A stretch of 48,570 nt of DNA from Lenisia limosa (lineage: Eukaryota > Protista > Breviatea), in contig LPNZ01009078.1 of assembly GCA_001655205.1 (NCBI GenBank), positions 1-48,570 on the forward strand, in the 5' to 3' direction. The notes below the pieces were generated by a model. The model was not told the DNA's origin. It saw only the letters and a program-made list of their open reading frames with translations, and did no database searches. A program made the position numbers and the translations under genes. Each line of letters starts with the position of its first letter. The stretch's first letter is position 1. Positions 39,909 to 48,570 of this stretch are shown here, piece by piece.

Positions 39909-42900
39909 AGTTTGCTGACACAGGAATTGTTCCCCTAATATTTTCTTTCCCCCATTCATTCCCTTCCGCTCTTCCTATGACTTGTACTTATTTATAAAGT
40001 GGCTAAGTCCCGTTCCAAGGCCAACCGTGGGGGAGCCAAGCCCAAGCCCCAAAAGCCTGAGGTTGTCGTTCCCAAAGAAGCTGCCCCCGAGTCAGCCGGA
40101 AGCCCCGTAACCCCTGACGACAGAATTGACCCTGAAACTCGTGAATTTGCTGTTTGAGGGTTTCTTAAGGGAATAATTTAGATACCCCTCCAATTAGGCC
40201 TATTTCAATTCACATTTCAATTAGATGTCAGAAAGTGCAAGTGATAGAAATGTAATCTTCGGAAAAAACTGTTTCCAGAAAATTCACTGTATTTTTCCAG
40301 GAAAACTACAGAAAAAGTGGAAAAATCCCGACTCAAGTGTTTTCCAATCGAATTCCCCCTCGTTTTTTTTTGCTTGTTGTTGTCTTCCTTTTGTTACTCG
40401 GAGATTTCCTTCGCAAACTCGTGTTTTCCGGCCAGAAAACTCCTTGTAAAAAATCGGAAAACCACTTCCAGGAAAAAAAAACTCGGGGTTTTCACATTGG
40501 AAAAAACTGTTTCCAGAAAATTTACAAGTGTTTTCCATTCGAATTCCCCTTCGTTTTTTGCTCGTGGTTGGAAATTTGGTTACTAGTGTGTTTATAGCCA
40601 TGAAATTTGACTATTTTTTATACCGTAGAAAAACTCAGTGAAGACTCTCCTTTGGCTCGGTGCTGTCACCGGAAAAAAGGTAAGAGGAGCAGCTTTGATC
40701 CTCCCTATGCTCAGACGTATCTTCATCATCCACCTACATTCAGTCCTCTGAAGCCTTCCAGGTTCCGCACAACCAGGGACTTCTGACGTCCCTCTTTGAC
40801 GGCACCGTTTTGCTCAGCGTCGCCATGATCTTTGACCCTCTCGAAACGAGGAAAGACGCCAATGTATCAAAGTATGCATGGCATTGAGGGTACCTGAATG
40901 TGGTGGAGGTAACAGCCGGATACTCACAGTTTAGGGAGTCACGTGTGGAGTACTACACCTCAGTCATGGCCGAGGCTCAGCCGACCCTCCCTTTATTCAA
41001 ACCTGAGTAAGGCTGTGGATAGAAATTGTTGAGATTGCCCTATTTGCAGTCTTGTGACGATCTAGGGATCTTTTAAAGGGCACCAACCTGTGTGCCGTCC
41101 TGGCCCACTTCAAGGCTCTCAAGGACGTCTATAAGACCGAAGACTGGGGACTGGTATGTCTTCTAGCAATATGCATCTATTGAAACCATTTAATGTTGTC
41201 AATTACACGGAGTCAATTCCCTCGTCCTTCAATAACAGTTTAGAACAATTCCGTTCTCCCTCGTCCTTGTTTAGAACTACTCCGTTCTCCCTCGTCCTTC
41301 AATAACAATTTAGAACTACGACGTTGAACTCATCACCCCCCTTGTTCTCTGGCACGCACGTGAGGCTCTCTCAGGCTCACCCCCTCTCCCCAAGGTTTCA
41401 ACCAGGTGAGAGTTTGGCAATTGCCCCCGGGTCAGGATCCCTTTGTGAGGGAGTTTTTCTTTGTTTTTTCCCAAATCATATAGTACATGTATTTCCGAGA
41501 AACTACGTCAATTGGGTTGAAGTACTGCCCCCTCTCTGACACAGTAGCGCTGCTGCAGCCCCGGTTCAGAGCCCTTTCATTGCCGAAGAGAAATTGAAAA
41601 TAAAAAAGATGGCTGAAGCAAAGGAGAAGGTTGAGAAGAAGGAAGAGAAGAAGGTTGAAAAGAAGGAAGAGAAAAAGGTTGAGAAGAAGGAAGAGAAGAA
41701 GGTTGAGAAGAAGGAAGAGCCCAAGAAAACCAAAAAGAACAACGTATCCTTTGGAGCTCCCCAGGTTAGTGCATTAGACTAAATTGTCATTCAAAAAGCT
41801 TAAATTTATGTTTCAATTGACCCCCCCCCAGGTTCTCACAGCTGCCGGCCCCCGTGGTGCCCCCTTTATCCATGCCACCTTCCAGGTCTGTGAATTTTAC
41901 ATTGAATAAACACAATTGTGGTTCTAAGCTCCTTTTTGAAGGTCTCAATTGTTTTGCGAATGTACTTGTTTTTGGAGGGGTTTTTTTTGTTCATACAGTC
42001 GCCTTTACCCCCCAACAGATTTGATTTGGTCTTTTTTTGTTTCATAAATGTCCCAATTTTACCCCCCAGGTTGAATTCAAGTCAGCGCCCGGACAGAACC
42101 TGATTGTGACCGGCGCATGCCCGGTGCTGGGCACGTGGAACACGTCTCTTGGCGTTGCTATGTACTACCAGTTGGGTGTTGGCTGTACTGTAGTAGTTGT
42201 GTTGTTCAATACTGTCTTTGTTTATCAGCAGTTCAATACAGCCTTAACAATCTGCAGACCCTCAGGTATTTGGACCGCTTCTGTCAACATTGCTCCTGAG
42301 GACCTCAAGAAGACCAGCAGAGGTGAGCTGTAACCAAACAATATTCGTTCCACTGCATTTTGAAAGTTAGTCGTTTTTTTAGCTGTCTAAGGGGCTTCCC
42401 TACTCTCCCAAAAACACTTACCGGTTATTCCGTAGGGAATCCCTACGGTATTCAAACATACGTAATTACATAAATAAAGGAAACCAGTGGACCTCTTAAA
42501 AGACTATTTTGGCGCCATTTTTTATTCATTTTCTCGAAACCTCCAATCTATATCTTTCATGTTTAACATGGAGTTACTATTTGGTTTTGACGATGTTAGA
42601 TTCCACTTTCACATGACAGTTCATTTGAGCTTTTTGTTTCATAAATTTCCCATTTTACCCCCCCCCCCCTCAGGACTGGAGTTGGAGTACAAATACGTCG
42701 TCGTCGGCTCCGNNNNNNNNNNNNNNNNNNNNNNNNNNNNNNNNNNNNNNNNNNNNTCCGTGGTTCTCGATTGGGAGAGCCGCAGCAACCATGTCGCCAT
42801 TTTCGACCAGAGCTGCACTAAAACCGCCGCCGCCGTCCTTATCCGTGACGCCTGGAAGGTTCACGGGAGAGAATTCATTAAGCAAACCGAGATTCAACTC

Positions 42901-45900
42901 AAAACATCCCTCGCCCTTGGGCTTAACCTTGCCATTGTAACGCACATTGACTTTGTAGCCTGTGATGTCCTCCACTGATGTGATTGAGGAGAGTGACCTG
43001 TTCCATAGAGTTCTCTATCCCAGGTGAGTCCGTCTTCTTTGTACAGCGTTTCTACTCACAATAGCAACTGCAATTTGCATTGTTTTGTGTCTCTCATGGC
43101 TGACCCTTCAGACCTTACGCCGAGGAAGTTATTTGCCCCATCAAGGCTCGGACTGGTGAGTGTGGTTGCCTCAGTGGTATTATCTAATGGAGCTTGGAAG
43201 TAATGGTATAGAGAGTTCCGCCACTATGTTTTCCCTCTTTTTTATTGAAACAAGAAATAGTATATCGATATATATTTTTTATATCATATCTCATACATTA
43301 CATTTCCTCATCTACTCAGACGACAGAATTACGGTTCTCTTCATCTGTAACGCCATTCGCGTTGAGCGCAGCGCCCACGTGGCCCTTGTCGGCGCCTGCC
43401 CTGAGCTCGGTGTGTTGTCGTTATTTGTGTTTGTTCTTTTGAAACAAGGGAAACACGGTGACCTTGCAGGTGCATGGGACGACACGCATGCCCTCAAACT
43501 TGCTCCTTCTGACAACAAGTGGAGCGCTTCCGTTGACCTCCCTCGCTCCGCCTTTCCCCTCCAGTAAGCTCCTGATCATACCTACTGTTTGTCTGGCGTG
43601 ATTAAGCACATGTACATTCAGAAAGGACAGCACAGCAAACTCCCATGATTTCTCCTTTGCTTCACTCCCCCCTCCCCCCCCCCCTCTCTTTTTTCTGTCT
43701 CTGTATTCGTATTGACCCCCAGGTTCAAGTTCCTGAAGGCTGGATTTGGTGACACCGTGTGGGAGGCTGGGCCAAACAGAGTCCTCACCCCTGCTTTCAA
43801 TATCCAGGTACTGCAATAGTAGATCGATTTCATATAATGAAGCTATATGACATGTAGTATGTACCGCCTAACTCCGCAGTTTATCCGGGCCCATTTGGGC
43901 GGCTTCCGAACATCCGAAGGCCCCTGGAGAGGTGCCGGCTGTGTGGCTCCGGTTTTTGCACTCAAGTGGGGGGGGGGGGGGCTTGGNNNNNNNNNNNNNN
44001 NNNNNNNNNNNNNNNNNNNNNNNNNNNNNNNNNNNNNNNNNNNNNNNNNNNNNNNNNNNNNNNNNNNNNNNNNNNNNNNNNNNNNTAACAATGCAGGTCT
44101 AAGAAGTCACATGGCATTGGAGAGTACGCAGACATCAAGCCTCTTTGCAGCTGGGCCGCCAACGCTGGCCTCTGTGTCTTCCAAGTATGGGGATGAAGAT
44201 CTGGACAGAATGTGGCGCGGAAATGATAGCTATCATATCTGTAAAGTGGACTGTAGCGTTTTAACCTTCAGACACTTCCCATCAACGATACCATCAGTAC
44301 CTCAGATTGGCCTGATAGCTACCCCTACGAGTGAGGGGTATTGGTAGTGTTTTGTTCTTCAGCAGTTTTTCAGCCTAATTTTTTTTTTTTTTTTTGCATA
44401 TATTCGCATTACTCCCAGACCCATCTCGTCTTTTGCCTTGCACCCCNNNNNNNNNNNNNNNNNNNNNNNNNNNNNNNNNNNNNNNNNNNNNNNNNNNNNN
44501 NNNNNNNNNNNNNNNNNNNNNNNNNNNNNNNNNNNNNGAGCTGACCAAGGAAATCGAGGAGTCCCGCAAGCATCTCAACTCTCTTGAAAAGGTGAGGTGT
44601 TTGAATTCACTGATGGCCGAAAGCGGTGAATGGATAATTTTTGTGACATTGACACACCAATTGGAGACCCAAGGCATCTGACCTTTTAGATTGACTTCCA
44701 TGGAGTGTTGACAGCCAAGCTCGGCTTCTTACGTCGTCTCTGTGACCTGAATGCCCAGGTTTGCTGTAGACATAGCATAATATATCTTATAAGCGTGATG
44801 GTGCGGAGGGTTTTGGCCAAATAAATCCTTGTTTTATTTCTGATCTCTGAATACGACTCAAGTGGCGTGTTGATATACACTGACCGCGATACGTCTTGAC
44901 ACGATTGATTAGAGATTTCCTCAATATCCGTGTCATGACGTATCGCGGGCAGCGGGCAATGACAGGTAAGTCTTGACCGATTTTCCTGATGACAATTTTA
45001 TTCATATCGGTCAAGACTTACAGTGGTCATACCCAGAAGTGGTGTGTTGTTTTATCAGCAAGGATATATCACATCTGCGAGACCTCATCAGTCTTGTGTT
45101 TGCTCGGGTTGATCTGATGTTATTCATTCAATGACCTTTGTAGGACTTGAATAAGAACAGCGACTTCCTCACTTTCTGCAAGGACAATGAGGTTGGTGTC
45201 GTTTAATCCTTGTCCTATATAAAGGGTGCGGATTGATATTCCGGCTGTTAATTCTATTTACCCCCCCCTCCTCCCCAGTCTTGGCTTCTCCCCTACGCCA
45301 TTTACTGCCACTTCCGCGACCGCTTTGGCACGGCACACCACCTGGACTGGCCCAAGACGTTCCACCATCCCTCTATGGACTCCATCAAGGCCTGGGCCAC
45401 CGAGACCAACGCCGCCGTCAAGGTAGGCGCTTCAGGGGGCTTTGTTGTTCTTTTCGCAATCAATATGAACAGGGGGAATGGGCTGATAAATTGTTAACAA
45501 ACCAGGATGTGTTCTTCTGGCAGTTTGTGCAGTACCAGTGCCACGTGCAGCTGCTTGACGCCTCGCAACACGCGCAGAGCGTCGGCGTTGCAATCAAGGG
45601 TGGGTTATGGGGGACATGGAGTATTTTTGGCCGAATCTTTCACCATCATCACGATTAATAGAGGGGGGGGGGTGAATAATGGGTTAAACGGTTCATCTTT
45701 CAACGAGAATAGAGAAGTGAGCTTACTGTTTCCAGGAGATATCCCCATTGGCGTTGGTGAATCATCGGTTGAAAGCTGGTTGCAACCTCACCTCTTCCAC
45801 ATGGACAAATCCGCAGGTGTGTAAAGGGCACCCTGGTATTTCACAGAAAGTAGCTACCACGATGGCATTTGAGCCAAGCATCCCAGTTTGACACTCCAGG

Positions 45901-48570
45901 AGCCCCCCCTGACGACTTCTCTCCTGTCGGACAGAACTGGTCCTTCCCGACGTACAACTGGGACGCCATGGCCGCCGAGGACTACGCCTGGTGGACCACG
46001 CGTCTTGCCAATATGGCCAAGTGGGAAGGGGGTCTTTTGAAAAACGTGTGTATTCCCGTCTTACCACCCCAGGTACTTCCATGCCTTCCGCATTGACCAC
46101 ATCCTCGGGTTCCTTCGCATTTGGGAGGCGGACAGGCGCGAAATTGGCTCCGTTCGTGGCCACTTCAGACCCGCCATCCCCATCCACAGGTCCGCTGGCA
46201 ATCATCATCTGTTGCAAGAGTCACAAATATTATGTACTATAGCATATCATATATATATACAAGTTGCTATTGTTGCCACTTACATTGTAGACACGAGCTT
46301 GAGCGTGTCGGCATTTGGGACATCCGTCGACTGACTGAGCCTTTTGTTCTGCAGGAGGACATCATCGAGCATTTTGGCACTGGGCTTGGTGCAACTGAGC
46401 TTCTGGTGGGCATTGGAACGGATTTTCTTCATACCCGAAACTCTCTGACACACATGCAAGATTCTCTGTTGGTCTCGTCGTCTTGGTACTTCTGAGATAA
46501 TCTAATTTCCGGCTTTCTGTCCGCATTAGGCCTTAATTCAATAGTCACACTTCTTTGACGTTGTCGGCGACCGCCTCCTTTTCAAGCCGCACATTAAGGG
46601 CGAGAAGCAGATCAAGGCCATGCTCGACAGCCTCCCCACTTACTGCAGCAACTTGAAACATGTAGGGGTTACTTTGTATAACCAAGCATTGTGTAAGATG
46701 GCAGTATATTTCACCTTACCCATGACGACAAAGGCTTCACTTCGGTTGAGTCGATATTTTTCGAGTATTTATCGAGATATTCAGTCTTTTTTCGAACCGA
46801 AGTGAAGCCCTACCATTGACGCAGTATTGACGATTCAGTGGTACGTCAATGACCCGAACTACCACGACCCTAAAGAGCGTCTTGCTGAGCCCCAGGCCAA
46901 TGGCCCTCCCCACGTCCTTTCTTCCCTGGTAGGCTGTGTTGTGTTACGTTCTTTCTTCCCTTACATTGCTTCAAGAATGTCGTCTTTTTTGTTTCCCAAG
47001 TGAAGCCGTATATTCACAGTGCTAACCCGCAGATGTTCCTCTGGAATAATGTCATAATGGTGCGCGACAGTGAGGATCCGGACAACCTCTTCCACCCCCG
47101 TTACGACAACCACAAGACCAAGAGCTTTGAATGTTTGTTTGGGCCAACAGAGAGCTTTGAATGTTAAAATTGGAATACTACCCCCCCCCCCCAATGGGAT
47201 NNNNNNNNNNNNNNNNNNNNNNNNNNNNNNNNNNNNNNNNNNNNNNNNNNNNNNNNNNNNNNNNNNNNNNNNNNNNNNNNNNNNNNNNNNNNNCACCTTC
47301 GTTTGTTGCTTGATGTTGAGCAATGCGAACTGATTAATACCATCTCTGGACACTCCTGATATCACAGACCTTGACTGGAGTTGGCAAAACAGCCTGAAGG
47401 AGCTGACCCTCAACTACTTCCATGTTAGACAAGATGACTTCTGGACCCACAACTGGTGGGCTTCTTGAGCTAAGGCAAATGCTGCTTATGTGTGCAGCTC
47501 ACCCTATAAAACCACTTCCCATTGTATTTTCTACTGTATCATATAGCTACATTACCAGACCCCAAGCTTAACCAATCAGCAACCCCAAGCTCCGTGCACT
47601 CACCGCCGCCTCCAACATGCTTGTCTGTGGTGAGGACCTGGGTATGGTTCCCGACTGCTGCAAGCACATTATGGCCGACTTCAAGATGCTTCGACTTTGC
47701 ATCCCTCGCTTCGTGGGGGGGGGGGGGAGGCAGTGNNNNNNNNNNNNNNNNNNNNNNNNNNNNNNNNNNNNNNNNNNNNNNNNNNNNNNNNNNNNNNNNN
47801 NNNNNNNNNNNNNNNNNNNNNNNNNNNNNNNNNNNNNNNNNTGGGACTCAAAACGATTATACAAAAATATTTTATATTTTCACAGTAATGCATGGGATAT
47901 AGAAATGCCTACTTTAGAATTTTGACTTACTATTTGTTTCTTTGTAGCCTTCAAAATCTGAACAGAAAAATATACATATAAAAAGCTTGTCCGGAGTTTT
48001 AATGTGCTCGGTTCATTTTGAATGTANNNNNNNNNNNNNNNNNNNNNNNNNNNNNNNNNNNNNNNNNNNNNNNNNNNNNNNNNNNNNNNNNNNNNNNNNN
48101 NNNNNNNNNNNNNNNNNNNNNNNNNNNNNNNNNNNNNNNNNNNNNNNNNNNNNNNNNNNNNNNNNNNNNNNNNNNNNNNNNNNNNNNNNNNNNNNNNNNN
48201 NNNNNNNNNNNNNNNNNNNNNNNNNNNNNNNNNNNNNTCCCCTATTTGTCCGTCAGTGCTCCCTCATGTCACGACAGCTCTTCTCTCAGAGGTAAAGATC
48301 CGCCATATTTGCGATTCATTTGACCATCAAGGCTGGTGGGAAGAAGACCGCGAAGTTGTGCAGTCGTTCTGGAACCATGCGCTCAACCAGCATGGCGCCG
48401 CTCCTGATACCTGCACTACCGAGGTTCGTCTTGTGTCATTGATATAGGCCATCTTAGCTTACACCCCACGTGCCCATTACTATTTCTCTTTTATTCGTCT
48501 AGGTGGCCAAGCTGGTAGTCGAGCGTCTCCTCAATGCTGGAAACATGCTGTCAATGTTCCCTCTCCAGGT
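39909..48570 (+). CDS. DPE2: DPE2-type 4-alpha-glucanotransferase (2x CBM20 + GH77), apparently fused to an N-terminal calponin-homology domain; 3'-truncated by the window end
   Basis: CBM20-1: GQNLIVTGACPVLGTW..LEYKYVV..WE. CBM20-2: VALVGACPELGAWD..FKFL..WEAGPNR. GH77: WRGAG..PVFALK, LPINDT, DSYPY, KGDIPIGV, GAPPDDFS..GQNWSFPTYNW, FRIDHILG, GEDLG, SCHDSSSLRGWWEED. DPE2 identity is high confidence; the CH fusion is about 0.65. Confidence 0.9.
40260..40560. repeat. Degenerate direct repeats inside a 477-nt intron
   Basis: GGAAAAAACTGTTTCCAGAAAATT near 40261 and near 40499; CAAGTGTTTTCCA(A/T)TCGAATTCCCC..CGTTTTTT near 40334 and near 40526. Confidence 0.75.
40629..41153 (+). other. Calponin-homology (CH) domain coding exons
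   Basis: Spliced exons give KTLLWLGAVTGKK..LLTSLFDGTVLLSVAMIFDP..FRESRVEYY..PLFKPEDLLKGTNLCAVLAHFKALK, matching the calponin-type pattern W..VTG / L.DG..L / F...DL..G.N...V...L.AL. Confidence 0.72.
41217..41320 (+). repeat. Three imperfect 31-39 bp tandem units, each ending in TTTAG|AAC
   Basis: Units of CCGTTCTCCCTCGTCCTT(CAATAACA)..TTTAGAAC(T/A)A, with AG ending at 41243, 41274 and 41313. Confidence 0.85.
41627..41720 (+). repeat. Coding 21-bp tandem repeat, about 4 copies, encoding (KVEKKEE)n
   Basis: AAGGTTGAGAAGAAGGAAGAG units; translation KEKVEKKEEKKVEKKEEKKVEKKEEKKVEKKEEPKK. Confidence 0.9.

Noticed and set aside
41217-41320. CRISPR-like appearance of the short repeats
   Set aside because: The units are contiguous with no unique spacers, the context is a eukaryotic intron, and there are no cas genes.
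41744-41752. GTATCCTTT, an exact U12-type (minor spliceosome) donor consensus, in phase 0
   Set aside because: A strong U2 donor (CAG|GTTAGT) follows 21 nt later, there is no TCCTTAAC branch site before the acceptor at 41830, and one 9-mer match in 48 kb is expected by chance.
42713-42756. N-gap inside a CBM20 exon suggesting an insertion
   Set aside because: The flanks overlap by TCCG and merge cleanly to GSVVLDWES, so it is probably a spurious gap or a small intron.

Overview
Eukaryotic, gene-dense and very intron-rich DNA from a protist-like organism (enolase looks amoebozoan-like; taxon not determinable). Introns are mostly about 55-100 nt, the standard genetic code is used (TAA, TAG and TGA all act as stops), and there are 18 N-gaps. 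The ORF track shows only exon fragments, so I rebuilt genes by hand-splicing and exon boundaries are approximate. About 12 genes in almost strictly alternating orientation: small secreted protein (-), giant Cys-rich GPI-type surface protein (+), UBA3 (-), ADP-dependent glucokinase (+), tryptophanyl-tRNA synthetase (-), coiled-coil protein (-), orphan secreted protein (+), DPH1 (-), enolase (+), ATG10 (-), hypothetical protein (+), DNAJC7 (-), and a DPE2-type 4-alpha-glucanotransferase (+, runs off the window). Main result: the glucanotransferase splices in frame to an upstream calponin-homology (CH) domain, giving CH - Lys/Glu linker - CBM20 - CBM20 - GH77. Its start codon appears to be formed by splicing (A|TG), and a triplicated acceptor could switch between a CH-only product and the full fusion. 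Also found: an ADPGK without a signal anchor and with a GC-AG intron, a shared poly-C 3' splice-site motif, a MITE-like insertion, and a WHEP-like extension on TrpRS. No prokaryotic features, CRISPR arrays, rRNA or convincing tRNA were seen.
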